Source: Marsupella aquatica
Taxonomy: Eukaryota > Plantae > Marchantiophyta
DNA length: 64,000 nt
NCBI GenBank assembly: GCA_973895155.1
Contig: OZ316895.1
Coordinates: forward strand, 4,839,181-4,903,180
Direction of reading: 5' to 3'
Each line of letters begins with the position of its first letter. The first letter of the stretch is position 1. The notes beneath the pieces are model-generated. The model was given only the letters and a program-made list of their open reading frames with translations, did not search any database and had not been told where the DNA came from. Position numbers and translations under genes: made by a program. Shown here in pieces: positions 37,300 to 52,260 of the stretch.

Positions 37300-38751
37300 T
37301 TTCAGGCATTGTAGACCTGTCAAAAGCACTGCCATAATCAAGGTCTCATGACTCTGTTTAATTTGGATGAGGGTAATGACTGGTTCGTGCTGAGGAAAAT
37401 ATTTTCTTCGATGCATGATGATGAAAATAGCCAATGACTAACATGCACATAAAATTGTAGGCAGGAAAGAGAGGATCGAAGGAATGTATCCGGGAAACAA
37501 GAGGAGTTGGATCTCCACAGATGGCACGGTGGTGGGCATCAATCATCGATTGACAGTAATAACTGAGCCATGATTGACCTCCTCGTCTATCCTAGCAAGT
37601 CACGGGGCAATTCACAAGTCTCAAGTCATGGAGCTGAGTAATCAATATGCAGAGGGATGGCTATGTTCGAAACTTGTAGTTAAAATGTTGAGAAGAAATT
37701 AATCATTGCACGTGACCAACTTCATGGAGTGCGTAGCAGCAAGCTTGAGCAACAGGATCGAGGCAAGCATCTGAAGCCTTGTTTTGAATATCTTCACAAA
37801 ACAATCAAAACGATCGGCGCAGTTGAAGGAGTTGGGTCCCGGTAACTGCACATCAAAATATGACATATAGACATAGTTCCATACCATGATAAATTTCGTT
37901 CTTTTCCTTTAAATCATTAAGTGTGAGTGCACACACCGTATATTATCACATTTTGATGTGTGAGCAGGGCACTGTAAACGTCTGTAGCAGGCAGTTCTCT
38001 GCAGCGAACTTTTTGAATTTGCATTACTGAGTCGCCTTCCACAATCCGCTACACTTGCCTAGTCTGCTTATGCTATTGAGAATCTACCGCAGATTGCTGA
38101 CTTAAAAAAGCTCAAATACATTGTCTGAAAACAGATTCAGAGTAGTTTCGATAATTTTGGACGTCCTACTAGCTCCGAACAATCCAAAAATTCTGCAATG
38201 GAGTGGCTGGCCCAGGTTGTCTCATGACCAACATTTCACCGTCATACTCCCTGATTGATATGTGTAGTTTGAACATTTCAGGCGCAAGATTTCACTCGGA
38301 CTCGAATGGTGGTATCACATATATATACGGGTGACATTTAGAGAATTGAACGGGAACCCAAATTTTAAGCTCGAAGTTTGAACATACTGCCAAGCTTACA
38401 ACTGCTTCCAAGCTCAAAAAATTCAATTTCTTCGCCCATCTCCATCGAACACTAGTCTCAACTTACCAACTCAATTCACAGATGGATGGTCGTCTGTGTG
38501 TCATTTGGCATCTACCTTTCCATCTCAGGAGACGCTACGTACTCAGAATGACACAAGGGGGATAGAAAATTCTACATCCTGCGAGATTTGATTTTGTTCA
38601 GTAGCATTTGATGCCATCCTGAACTATAGATGTCGATCGAAGGGATTGAAGTGAGATGGGCAAGCTTAAGGACAGAATTGTGGCAAAAACCCAAATTAAT
38701 TCTTAACAGTTTAACTGCGATTGGCTAGTTGCCTGGAACGAACCGAGAATG

Positions 38752-41504
38752 TTAATTCGGACTACGGCAATTTTTGCGGATCTGTCCTTGCGAGCCAGTG
38801 AGCACCCTAAACTGGGTGAGCTTGACATAGGCGTCGGAGAAGGTTTGGAAGAACAAGTTTTGGTTCATGGCGAACTGCCGGACGTATGGTGCGGTTCGAG
38901 GGTCGGTAGCGAGGGCAGCATCGATGCTGAAGAGGCCTCGACCGCCCATTACGTCGCGGAAGTACTGCGAGTCGAAGATGATGTTGGTCAAATCGTTCTG
39001 GACGACGGTGTTGGGATTGCTGTTGGTCCGTGGACATTGGCCCTGCAGGATTTGCGCGTAGAATGGATGTGTCAGCAGCGTGGTGTCCAGCGGGTAGAGC
39101 CGGTTTACGATGTTGGGACAGTGCCCTATGCCCATTGTGTGCGAACCTGCACACATCAAACACACCACATCGTCTCTCTCAGTCACCCGAAGCAGTAATT
39201 GTTCCACCGGACTATTGAACTGGCACTGCATCTGGAAAACGTCCACATCTCACGCTAATTTGTCCATCACTCGCCATCGTGATGGCCTTGCAACCATGTT
39301 CCAAGGGACTCAATAATGCACGTGCTGAATAGATCGAAGAAGGATCGAACGCCATTAATGGTACAGGAGATAAGCGACGAGAGACTTCAAGTAACAGAAA
39401 TGCAGCAGCAGACGTGAATTCAACAGCGAGAAGAAGGGATGTGCAATGAAGCACAGAACAAAACTGGTTTCGTGAACGTGGTCGGAGCGATGGAGCCATT
39501 CCCGAGCAAGAAATGCATGACCCAGAAGAGTACGACCAGAGAAACAGAACCTTTCATTTGGAAACTACCAAATTAATGCCTAGTTTGGTTGGTGTCACAC
39601 AGGCTGCACAACATCCTTGTACACCGCAAGTCAATCCTGACAGAATGATTGAGACAGAGAAACGAGAAAAGCGATAGGCTATTGTACACATGGATTAAAT
39701 TACGTGATTGCTCGAACTGTACTTCACTTAGGATTAGACCACTTTCTCCATGGCTATGAGACCTGAGCGCTAACCAACTGCGCCACCACCCCCTGTTCTG
39801 ATTAGCCCATTTTCTCTGACTGTCTTTCAATCGTTTGCACCCACCCAAGATTAAGGTGAAGGACTGGATTGTAAGGCAGATTCAATGCTCAGATCTGAAG
39901 GGAGGAGAGGATCTACCAACGTACGTTGAAAAGTTGGCATAAGAGGCAGTCTTATTTTCTTGAATTCCAGACAAAAGAGACAGAGGGACAGATGGAAAGA
40001 CACACATGGCACTGGCACGGCGGTTGAGGACCTCATTTCAGCAAGTAGGTTTTCCTTGCAGATTCAATTCAAACCGATGTATAAAAAAAAACTGACCCAT
40101 GAAACAAGTAAATGAGACAAGTGGAACAACGAATCGAAAAACCACATTACGGCATCGAATACACATTTGGAAAATGGTTTCAAACTTTTTGTGTAGAGGA
40201 TCAGATTGCCAAAAGGATCAAAGCTTCCTTCAACAGTAATTAAAGAGCAAAATTGGAGAAAGATTTGTTCGAGAGCGAGGGCGAGATTGAACTGACCGAG
40301 GAGGGCAACGGTGTGCATTGTGTCGAGGCCGGCTGAACCGAACGTCGAGAGAACCGAGCTCACAGACGCCGTTGGAGGGAGTAGCTGCTGATCAGCATGT
40401 GAAGTGCTGGAGCTCACTCCATCTCTGCGCCCCAGCAATACCGGCATGTTGGGCCCTCCGGACTGCACATCGACACGCCCATTTGTCCATTGATGGTGAG
40501 ACACAGAAACATGCATGCGACATCAACACCATACAAATGGAACGGATCGAGAGGAGCGACAGCTTGACATTTAAGTTTAAGTGGGATGGAACTCACAGCA
40601 GCGACCGAGAAGGCTGCGGCCAAGACAACGAGATCAGCACATGAGACAACTCCAGGGCACTGTCGCTCGACAGCCATTTTCATGGTGTCGATCACTTGCA
40701 GGTTGGCAATTCCCAAATTCAGTTTGGACAGCTTCTCATCGGTCCCACCCTTGCCCGAATTCAAAAGAATAGAGCCCTCGCAGCCCTGAAAGTTTGGAAA
40801 GCAGCGTTACCAAGATGACAACTTCGCCACATATTCTTAGAAACTACAACTAGATTCATGCACCGATTCGGCGTTATTCTGATTCATGTGTCCATTGGTC
40901 AGAGAATACGCCACTAGCCCAGTGCCGGGCTCTCCTTCGCAATTGATAACTACAGGAAAGTGACTTATATAAGTTCATCAGCGATGCCTTAGGAACATAA
41001 GTAAGACGTACCAAGTGGCTCTGCGCCTCTGCAACTACAGTATTTGACTTCAGCATTCGATTCATAATTGATTATACTTCCTTTTAGAAATAGTGCGGAG
41101 TATCACGGAATTATTCAATTGATATGCTCAGTACTTACAAGAAAGGCCATGACACCAGGTGCATCGATTTGACTAGCAAGCATTGGTGGGCATTTTACAC
41201 AGCTACATCAAAATGTTGAGAAACTGTGGTCACGTACATCGACAGCGCAGTCGTGGAAGGAGAGCCGGAGCAGAGATGCAGGCGCCAAAAGATTTCGAAG
41301 AACTCCAGCAGCGAACGAGACTCTTGACATCGTCGCGAGGTTTGGACACTTAGAGTTGTAGAAGGTTGTGCTCAGTCCCTGAGCTTGAACACCGGGCACC
41401 AAATATTGCAGCTGAGAACTGATAGCCAGCGTTATCACCACTGCATACCTGAATACGCCGAGCAGCATTTTTGACTGACTGCAACTGCAATGATTCTGCT
41501 TCAT
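38752..41504 (-). CDS. Class III secretory plant peroxidase, 4 exons: 41504-41238, 40785-40597, 40462-40297, 39146-38752
   Basis: Signal peptide; LLRLSFHDCAVD|GCEGSILL, CPGVVSCADLV, LGRRDG, VALLG|SHTMG, GQIRKNC; canonical three-intron layout. Start may be the second Met at 41468. Confidence 0.95.
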
Positions 41505-44500
41505 GATGTTCGCTGCTGTTGCTGAGTGTCTGCCAGAGCAGTCTGATCGACAGACGAGCCCACCCTCTCAATTCACTGTCTCCAATGTTCAATGTCTAAT
41601 GTTCAATGAATCTCACAATGATGGATTCGCCAAACTCAGCTGAGCGCAGTTCGCGCAGTGACTTACGCAAATGCAATCACACACATAATCCACGAGATCA
41701 CAGCAGGGCTGAGCTGATTCAACAACAGGGTTAACTGAATGTAGTGAAATCAGCTGACCCAAGGTAGTTAGGGGATTCTCTGTTGAGAAAATTCTGCCTG
41801 GTCGACCATTCGATAAAATTGAAGAAAGGTGTCGAAACTAAGGCTGAGTATCATAGATCGATCGAGATACTGAGATAGGTCCAGATCGAGCTAAACCAGA
41901 CACAATTCACGAGGCTGGACGACGTCAAAGACAAACACAAAAGAATATTTTCTCGAGGTCCTATTCATCTTTGTACTGCAATGGCATTGGGAGAATGCAA
42001 TTCAATCTAGCACGCCGCCTCGACTTGCGTGGGAAACTGGACAGCTTCCAGTTTCGTGGCTGAAAAGAGCACCCCTAAAACGGTTGATTCCTCGTCCACG
42101 AGAGTTCGCTCGGTCACCTGAAACAGGTGCGACATACAGTGCTGGTAAGCCGAATCATCCGACAGCACAGGACAGCACAGCGCAGCTCAAGCCCAAGCAG
42201 GCCACAGTAACTAGCAAGGTGCAATCTTCATGGAGCCACGTACCGAGAGCGATGGAATTGAATGCTCAAGGAGCTCAGGAGCAGCTAGCTAGATGATGGA
42301 CTGGATGGATTCCTGGATGATGAAACTATCGGGGAGTGTGGCGTGCTTAAGTAGAGGTCAAAGGGCCCTCGAATGTCGGCACTACTGGTGTCGGCATATA
42401 TTGCCTATTTAACCTGTGAGAGGTACCGGACCCTGGTGTCTCCTCCACCCGCGCGAGCCATAGTAACATGGCTTACTTGAAGCCGTTCCTCTTAACGGCT
42501 TTTTCCGGGGAGGTTTCACATCTGGCCCATATTGTAGAGAAACAATTCATCGATGGCAAATATCGCCATAACTTTTTCTTCATCGAGCCTTCCGTTGCTT
42601 TTAATTGTTGTCATCAAAAACGTCATGACAACAATTAAAGTTCTTTGGCTCAACGCGGTCCTAACTGCCAAGTACGGTATGGAAGAAGCATCCATGATCC
42701 AACGATCCATTGCTCCTGCACACACACACCACACAGATGGAGGCAGGAAGCTGATCGGAAACTTCCGTCTCGGATTGGATTGTGGAATGTATTATACTAC
42801 TGTAGTTGACTCTTGAACTTTGGAGCCTGCAACTTAATTACTCTGGAAGGCTGCAATTCAAACTGAAGGCAATTGCAGGGGAAGGTGCGTACGATACATA
42901 TCGGACCATAAGATCTCATCATCAGCTCGGTTCCTCCTTCCTCCTCAATTCTGTACGCCATTGACGACCGTAGCTTTCTGAACTCACTGTACAAGAAGAG
43001 TGAGCCGATGGTGAAAAGTAAGAGGGCACCAACCTAGGTCGCCCCGATCATGTTATGGACATGAATTATTTTGATAGTCAAACGTTCGACAGCCATTGAG
43101 ATGTTGGAAGAATTCATTTAAACCTCATATCCAATCCGGCCAACCGAAGTTCCGTGAAGCTCCTGTATCTCACAGTTGTTGTCAAATTATTGCCTGACAG
43201 CAATAGACGTACTGCTGGAAGAACCATGTCGATCGATGTCTACCGCAGAAACTCCACCAACTGGTCACCTAATTGACCATTCTTGAGATTTTTTTCATGC
43301 CTCACGACGATGGTTTTACCATCAAGAGTAAATTCTCGATTGATTCAGATACAAAATTTCAAGAAGTCAGATACAAAATTTCAAAAATCGATACACATGA
43401 TCTATCTCCGAGACTACCACAATATTGTAATAAATGTGGTTGCATCACTTCTTCTTTCTTTCACCTTTAAATTTTTGTGGGTCTCTATCAAGGCCTCCTA
43501 GCACATGGGCCCTAATGCCAGAAGAAATCCTCGTTTACTCGATCAATTTGTACAGACGTATTTTGCTTGAGGAAGTGTACATCATTGCCAGTTTAATTGC
43601 AACAATCGCAGACATACTATTCTATTCGAAGGGGCAGATTGCTTTTAAAGATAGAACCGATACTTCATACTCCAGTTAGCCCGTCCTGCTGTTCAGCTGT
43701 TGTACTTCACTGGCCCTCCACCGACCGCTTCCCTACGAGTACGCCGTACGCTGCTCTCATAGATGCACTCGGTTGATATGGAAAGTACAGGTCAGCCTGA
43801 GTCAACGAGTCAACTTTCAGGTCGTCCCCTTCAGTCTCCTCTGGAAGGGGAAGTGAACTATCAAAGTCTAAAGTTTCTCAATGCTTTCGACGCACAAACT
43901 GTAGCTTTAGAGCTGTCGATTCATCTGCGGTGCATTGCACCTGTGAGCTGGCATTTCTGACCACGCTGACTCTCGTCAACGAGAATGGACGCCAGCCACC
44001 CCAGAGTGGACAGTCTGCGCGTGATTGATGACTACACCAGCGAAGCAATTTCTCGATTTGAGGCGTCAACCCGAATCTTCGTACGAGCCCTGTTGCCGTG
44101 GAACCGTATTGGTGGCTGAATCCTAAATTCTGTGTTGCCGCGTTTGTCAAACAAGGCGCAATGAATTGTGAACGCTAGGAAAATTATAAACTATAGAGTA
44201 CGAGCAGGCTGCCCTTCGGGACAATATACACCACGAGTCACGAGATGACGAGACTACTGTCTAGTATTTATATTGCTACGAATCGCATTGGAGGGAAATT
44301 GGCATCGACAGGGACCGAAATTATATGCTACACCCCCGGCTACACCTTCATTTCGCATCTGACACTCAATTCCCCCTTCCCCGTTTTTTTACTTGTTGTA
44401 TAGTTAGTAGCCAGGAAAGTTGTCGTTATCCCAAGGAAATTAAGATTAGAGGTGTATGAGAGACGTAATGAAGGAGTCTCATGTGGGCTCAGCCATTAGT

Positions 44501-45619
44501 TCAACTGTCTTTCCCTGTGCTTCCCTTTGCGCGTATTCCTGTTGAGCAGAACCGAGAGGAAAGGCACTTTCAGTGCATGCCTCCTCAAAGTACTTGTCGT
44601 CACTGTATATTAAGATAGGATTACAGAAGTCGGGGCCATAGCTAAAACGATTTATTCATGTCTGCCTATTCAATTTATTCCAGAGAGAAACAAGCAGTGC
44701 AAGGAGACTATAATGTAAGGCTTGAAGGGCATATGTGTGAGTTGCTATACTAGTAGCAATCTTCAGTAGAGGAGTTGGATAAAAGTGAATGATTCCCCTT
44801 GATTCTGTCAGTCTTAATTTTGGTGCTTCTCAAGAAGACTGGTTGTTGCGTCCAGAGTAAGCATTGTAAGTAGGAATAATACATGGCATCAAAGATAACA
44901 GCGAATAGACCCTTTTCACCCACCAGACCTCTCCGGGACCAAAGCCAGTGCGCTGTATAAAAATCTCAATAACAGCATGAAAATCTGAGCGGTAACACAT
45001 GATTTATACTGGAGTTTTGTGACCCAGACAGCTGAGTTGTCATTGTTAGGTACTTGTCTCGTCTGATATAGCGTTACACGCGTAGGAAATTTCTTCACCC
45101 AGATACCAAATCCTGTACGCAAATGCAGTTGACATCGCTGCTACCGTAATTCATTCAAGAAGGTCGGTCACACATGTACAAGGTTTTGGAGAACTGAATC
45201 AGAATCGAGGAAAATCTCTCCAGGTTGATCGATCCGACCGGGCACGCACCTTTCGTTGTGACGAGACGGCTTCCCACAACACTTTGGAGTTTGGAACGCT
45301 GGACTCGATCCAATTGAATGGTCAGACTGCCGAGGTCCAATTCACACGCCGGCCAGCAGAGTACGTGAGGCATCGCCGAATCATCATTCATTCCAACCAG
45401 CCTCCCAACAGCTGATCGAATGATCGATCGAGTGAACGTTCGGCATTTATGGTGGTAGATACCAAGACATCAATTCATGTACAGTCGGTCAGTCGTCTCG
45501 CAGTGCACGTACATTACACTTGAGCCCTGACTGTGCCCTCTAGAACAGTAGAACCACTGAAAGACAGTCAACGCTTATAAGTGCAAATTCTGGTTAATTG
45601 CCAAATCTACATTTCTGAG

Positions 45620-45905
45620 AAATCACATCTGCCACTATAAACGGGGCTCTATGATGGGAAGTGAGGGTCGATCAGTCTATTCCTTAATTAACAAACTACA
45701 GTTAAACAACTACAGTAACTATCATAAACTCGTTTTTATTTTGCACTTCTCTGAATCACAGCTGCCCCTATAAACGGGGCTCTATGATGGGAAGTGAGGG
45801 TCGATCAGTCTATTCCTTAACAAACTACAGTAACTATCATAAACGCGGCCCTATGATGGGCAGTGAGGGTCGATCCCATCCCTTTACAAACTACAGTAAC
45901 TATTC
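45620..45905. repeat. Degenerate tandem duplications (tataaacggggctctatgatgggaagtgagggtcgatcagtctattccttaa..caaactacagtaactat)
   Basis: Three imperfect copies visible. Confidence 0.75.
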
Positions 45906-46599
45906 TAAGGTGGGGTTGTTTGTGGAGCACATGTGTCACTTTTGAGCAGTAGATTGCCCCTATGGTAAACACATGAGATGATATGTAGGGGTACGTGAAA
46001 TTGCAAAAAGCAAAAGTGACAATATGTTGTGTACTATGTCCCTCCATATCATTTTAAACCCAATGAATTACTCTGTTTAAATGTGAGTGTGATCTTACTG
46101 ATAGATCTCCATGAGAAGCTACTGTTGGGGTCTAGATTTCTACTTGCCTGGGAATTTCTAGAGAGATGGAAGCCTGTAGACTATGACTCTAGGGGCCCCA
46201 CCAAGAGTTATGTGGATGGGAAAAACCAGGCAGTATATACATATTTGTGATTGACACATTTTGATGTGCAATTATTGGGAAGCTAATTGAAAAACAAAAA
46301 TGCTGAAAGTAAAGTATGCTTGTCTTTGTGTGTGATTGTACTATCTTACTAATAAAACATTATGACAAGCTAGAGTTGGGGTCTAGGCTTCTAGCTAGAG
46401 TGAAGCCTCTAGTCTGCCCTGACTCTAGGGCCCCATCCAAAATGATGATAACTGTCATGATTTCTATTAGCATATGTAATTCAAAGAATGGGCCGTAAAT
46501 AAGGACGGTAACTCTAAATATTAAGTACAAAATTAAAAGTGATGGACAGAGATGAACTGGGTATAGTATAGAATTATGTACTAGCTCATTACCCATGAG

Positions 46600-47960
46600 T
46601 TGCACAACAGATGTCATGATCAAAAAATATGTTGTGTCGCCCAAGACATTGTTAAGAAAAAAATGTCATGTTGCCCAAGTTGTTGTTAAGAAAAAAGATG
46701 TTGGAACACCCAAAATTTCGTGAAGAAAAAAGATGTCGTGTCGCCCAAGGTGTCATTAAGAACAGAGATATGGAGTCAGCCAAGATATTGTTAAGAAAAA
46801 AAAAGTTGTGGTACCCGAGATGTCCTAAAGAAAAGAGACGCCATGTTGCCCAAGATGTCATGGGGCCCAAGATGTCGTTAACAGAAAAGATATCATTAAG
46901 TAGAAAAGATGTTGTTGATAAAAATTGCACAAAAGATGGTGTGATAAGATGTTGAGCTGAAAAAAGATATCAAGGTGAGAAAATGAAGTTGAAGTGAGAA
47001 AAATATGTCGATGTGAGGAGAAGATGTCGAGGAGAACAAAGTTGTCGATGAGAAAAAGAGATGTGACCAAGCTGAGAACCCTAGGCCCCCACTCTGAGTA
47101 AAAGAAGTGAACCTCCTGCGATCAAGACCCCTTCCCTCTTACCCCTTGTTATTTCCATTTTTCTATACAAAGTTTCTTGTTACCGGTCACAATTATAATT
47201 ATTAGTTTCAAATGAATAAAATCCACCCTTTGAACGTTGACACGTCCTCCCATATTAGTTAACACTTACGGCCTAGGGGCTGAGAAAAGAAGTCAAGTTG
47301 AGAAAAAAATACATCAAGGAGAGAAACGATGGCGAGGTGAGAAACACATGTGAAGATGAGGAGAAAATGTCAAAGGTGAGGGAAAGATGTAAGTTGTGGT
47401 GAGATAAAAAAACATGTGAAAGTGAGAAAAAGGTTAGATGTCGACATGAAATAAGATGTCAATGAGAAAAAGAGATGTTGAGGTGAGGAAAAGAAGTCAA
47501 CTAAGGTGAAAAAGTATGTCAAGAAGAGAAAACATGGCGAGGTGAGAAACATATGTAACTTAGATGAGGAAAAGATGTTGAGGAGAGAAAAGATGTCGAG
47601 GCTGAGGGAAAGATGTTGTGGTGAGATAAAGATGTCAAGGTGAGAAAAAGATAAGATGTTGAGATGAGAATCCCCGTGTGTTGCACAAAAGATGTTGCGT
47701 AAATATATCGTTGCATTTAAGATGTTGCTAAATAAAAGATGTAGTTATTAAGTAAAATATGTGGTTGCTCAAAAGATCATGTCATTAAGTAAATTATGCT
47801 GTTGCCCAAAAGATGAACTTTACTAAAAGATATCGTTTGGCGAAAGACCTCAAATGAATTAATGCATAATTATAGATGACATTGTGCTAAAGATGTAGTT
47901 GAAAAAATATCATGGTGCAAGATATCTTTGTTAGAAAGATTGTATTGTGGAAAAAAGATT
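46600..47960. repeat. Degenerate aagatgt-rich minisatellite region of a TE-derived repeat family
   Basis: Repeated aaaagatgt(c/t)g..g motifs; 46620-46930 resembles the reverse complement of 15800-16000. Confidence 0.65.
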
Positions 47961-48921
47961 GGCATTCAACTGAAAGATGTCATGACGCAAAATAGAGTCG
48001 ACAACCACCACCAAAGTAGAACAAAATGAGAATGATTTTTTTGTTGTTTTTATCATAAGCGTGCTCACACCAAACATAATTATTTTCTTCCTATTCCTTT
48101 CTCTTTTCCACTTTCCATTACTTTCACTCAAAAAGCCTTGCCAAGTTTGCATGACAACCACTTCAGAAAGTGGCACAACCTTTTATTATAGGAGTTAACT
48201 TTATATTTGCAGGATGTTTTTTGTTTTTTCATCTTTATTTAGGTTCAAGGAACAGGGAATAAAGCTAGTATGTGTCATGATTAGTGTAGGGTTACATGAG
48301 TATCAATTACACAAGACAGTGTGCTTTGATTTGCTGGGGTGGCAATAGTCGTGTTTTGTACTTACATTTACAACTTGAGCCCTGACTGTGCTCTCTAACT
48401 ATTTAGACATAGTAAAATACAGTCACCGTGTATGAGCAAACTCTTGCTAATTGCATGGTTTATCTAATCTTGTGTTTTCATTTGCATTAACCTAGAGTCA
48501 TCGGTATCAGTGCATATCCTCTAAAAAAAGTATGTACAATGTAACTTTTTTGTTTATCAAATTTACCAAGGCAGCAAAATCACCTTGATTTGAAGTGAAG
48601 ATTCTGAAAATACATAATTTAAAAATAATTGGCATCTTGTGGATCCATTGGCACTGCAGGGAATAATCTTACATGCCATACTTACAAACTTAATTTAATC
48701 ATCTGGTCATATGATAATGGACCAATGAAAGACAACGCATCTCAAACGGGATCACAACAATTCTCACTACAAGTAGCTCGCTAGAAAGTACATAATGTAA
48801 AAAAAGATTGACTATGGATGTAAGAAAGATGTGGACTTGTCATCCAAATCACGTGTTTGGACTTCATGCTTAGGTTTAACCACCAAAAATTGTAGGAATC
48901 ACGTGCAATCCAAAAACATAT

Positions 48922-49135
48922 TTGTAGAGCAATGACGACATTAATAACGGCAAGCCCACATATGTTCATCCAACACACAAGTAGTTGACACTGAGAGATA
49001 TGTGGTTCACCTCTATTAAAACTACGTCAACGGAAACACACAAGAGCTTTACTTCACTCTAGGCCTGCCGCCCTTACCAAGTCTTCATTGTACAAGTTCT
49101 TCCTTCTCTCAACTGGCTCCATAACAATGAGAGTA
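48922..49135 (-). mobile_element. Old, diverged LTR fragment related to the copia LTR
   Basis: tgtagagcaatgacgacatt..ggcaagccca..gagagatatgtggttcacctc..acacacaagagcttta..cactctaggcc..ctctcaactggctccataacaatgag aligns to the first ~200 bp of 16330-16673. Confidence 0.7.
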
Positions 49136-51689
49136 CCAAAGTTGGTCCGGGGTGGCAAGGCAAACATATAATTATGAGGGGAGTGATGTCTTCTAATGGG
49201 CCAGGGATGAGCCCAAGTCGTAAATTTATAGAGCATCAAATATAGTTAAGTTCCAAAGACTGAAGCGATAATTGCACTGTACCATTCTTCTCCAAATTTC
49301 TCTATAAGAACTTGCCTAGTATCCAAGTTTTCCTTTATTATCAACTTATTGTTTATTATAGAACACAAGTTTAGAAACAATGGATTATGATTCAAATCAA
49401 TATTGATATTCATACTTCTTATATGTTTTCTAACTAATAGAAGTCCAACGACAGAGTCGTCCCCCTACTTGATCACAAGTTCTTAGACACCATATCTATG
49501 GTACTGGCGGCATAACCAACCTTGCCAGATTCAAAGTTTCGTGTTCAAGGCACTCTAGTGGTGGCAATGTCTTCCATGGACAAAAGTCACAAAACTTAGA
49601 ATCATTTCATCATAAATACCGGCGACATGGCTATCCTATATAGGATCCTGTCAAGTCTAGAACCAATGTTCAAACATCAATATATGCAAATCTTAATGCA
49701 CAACATATGCTTTTTAATGCACATATATGCTCTCTCTGCTCGCACACAGTTCGTATGTTTAAATTGCTAGAAATTGGACTCACGAGAAGGGCAAACTTTC
49801 CTCTTATTTATAGTTGGAATGACTCACATTAGTTTTTTTAAAAGAATATCCTAGAAGATACTAGAACTAACTAAATCTTTATAGGTTTAATGGTGATAAA
49901 TACTAAAATTTACTATTTATTTTGGTAAATACTATAATTTACTTTTCTACCATGATATATTTTAGAAATTTTAATCTATCATGGTAGATTCTAGTATTTT
50001 TACCCTTGTAGATTTTTACAATACTAATTTCCGAAAGTTACAAACTTAAGGCTTACAACTTTACTTTGGTAAAAGCCAGATATATTTTTAAGCATGGAAA
50101 ATCTTGCAAATATCTTTATAAAAAAATTATTCTCTATAGTCACACAAACTAAGCTATTTACCATATATACTCTAATTTCCTAACAACACCATTGGAGGAT
50201 TTCTTGGATGCGTTGAAAAGCTCTAAGAGAGGACTACATCCTTTTGATCTCATATGGATCTGGGGATGCCTTTGGTCGAGTTCATGGATTGCAAGGGTTA
50301 TCTCTCCCGCTTGCCAATCCTACTAAACAAAAGCCAAACTTTCAGCTTCCCACAAGAAATTTCTTTAGGAAGACAACATAGAGTGACATGGGTGTTGAGG
50401 TCCAAGTGCATCTTGCCCTTGGACTCTTGGTGAAGCTAGAGTCATAAAATTGGTTGCTAGAATTAGGGCCAAACTGGTTCAGACGCTTGGGATAAGCTTT
50501 GAGACAAGCTAGCTAATTGAGCCATAGGCATGTTCTAAAGGTATGGTAGTCGAACAATGACGGAAAGAAATAGGAAAAGCTTTGGCAGCACCCGATAGAC
50601 AAGGGTTGTTCTCCCAGCTTAGCTTCAGCTTATATATGGCAAGGTCACACAGGTATGGGAGGTTCTATCTGAATGACCTGGTACTTACTAACAATTGTTG
50701 AGCTTGAATATGTTTATTTTGAATGCAATTATAATTTTCCAAAAAAAGATTAAGTTTATTGTATCCAATGTCGTCATAATTGTCAGCGAATAAGTTGGAA
50801 GACCTCATATTTTGAACTCTCTAGGTAAATGAGAGGTTTCTTGAAGTCTTTGAGTTTGTAGTTAACTTCATATATATTTTTGAATTGATACAATCTGCAA
50901 CCCTAGCCTAGTATGAATAGTCATATTCTATAAATAAAATAATTTTTACTTTTAATATTAATAAATTCTTGAGGGAATTACTATATGGAGGGCCATGCAT
51001 TGCATGCAATATTTTAGGGTTTTATTCCCCTAACTTATAAGTGAAACTATTTATTTTGCAACACCTTTTTTTCTTTAACTTTTGTCATTTTTTGCTGTAA
51101 TTAAAACCCCTAAAACCTTTAAAGGTAATAATTTTAATATTAAATTGGCCTATTTGTTCTTTAAAGTTGACCAATCAATAAAACATGCCTTAATCATTCT
51201 TTAGCAAAACTTTGAAAAGTTTTTGCCACGTTCATTTGAATGAGCGACCTATATTTTGCAACATGTGATGTGTAACTTTCATGGAAGTGATCCCCCCCCA
51301 ATAAATTATTTTATTTTATAACATTTATATGACAAATTATTAGAGAATATTTAATACTATCTTCTTTTAGCTCAGAACCTATGCTTTTAAAAAAGTTATT
51401 TAATATACATCAAAATAACTATTTGGATTACATGTGATTCCAAACTTGCATCTCCCCCGACACCCCACCCCCACCCCCAAGCATGAAATCCAAACATTTG
51501 CTTTGGACGACAAGTTGATAGTTTATTTACATCAGTTTATTTTAGTAGTGGTTGTGAAGAAAAAGATGATCATTGATAGTGGTCTATTGGTAAATAAGTA
51601 TTTTAAGTTGAACCCAATGTTTCTTTTATGGTTTGTTACCAAATAATTGCAATGATGCTATCACTTTCAACTTCTATACCATGGGGCAG

Positions 51690-52260
51690 ATTAGAGGGAA
51701 TGATCATGCAAGGCAAAGATGAAATGGATCCAACCATTGCACAATGAAACCTGGGGACCACATCATGGACAAGTTGAATAGAAAACACGTAGGATACTCT
51801 TTTGTCACCGATGAAAAGAATCCTTTCCCCAAACATAGACACAAATTGCATGAGCATTTTTTCACAATGGATGTAACATCAAGGTCTCATTTTATCCATG
51901 ACTATGATGAGATTGATATCTGCAAGTAGAACAAGAAATCATAGCTAGTCAGAGCTCAGATTGCATGGGAGGCCTCTTGCGAAATTGGCAAACCTCATTA
52001 ACCTGCTTCTTCATCTCACCTTGGGTCAGCCTCTAAGGGCAGTAGAGTATTGAAGTTTCCTGATGTGTAACACAACCACAAATGAGATGGTCTTCTTGTG
52101 GTCAAATAAGACATTGGTGACATTCCAGACATACAATAAGAATTGTCGCAGTTCAAGGCCAGTCAAGCTAGTTGTCAAATTTATTTCCTATTGTCTTAGG
52201 CTACTATTCCTCCAAAGCTTGTGTGTTGTACCCATGCAAGTATTTGTTGCAGAAGTGCTA
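51690..52260 (+). pseudogene. Highly decayed coding relic of probable TE origin
   Basis: Broken frames give GYSFVTDEKNPF and LLHLTLGQPLRAVEY..LVTFQTYNK within AT-rich DNA. Confidence 0.35.
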
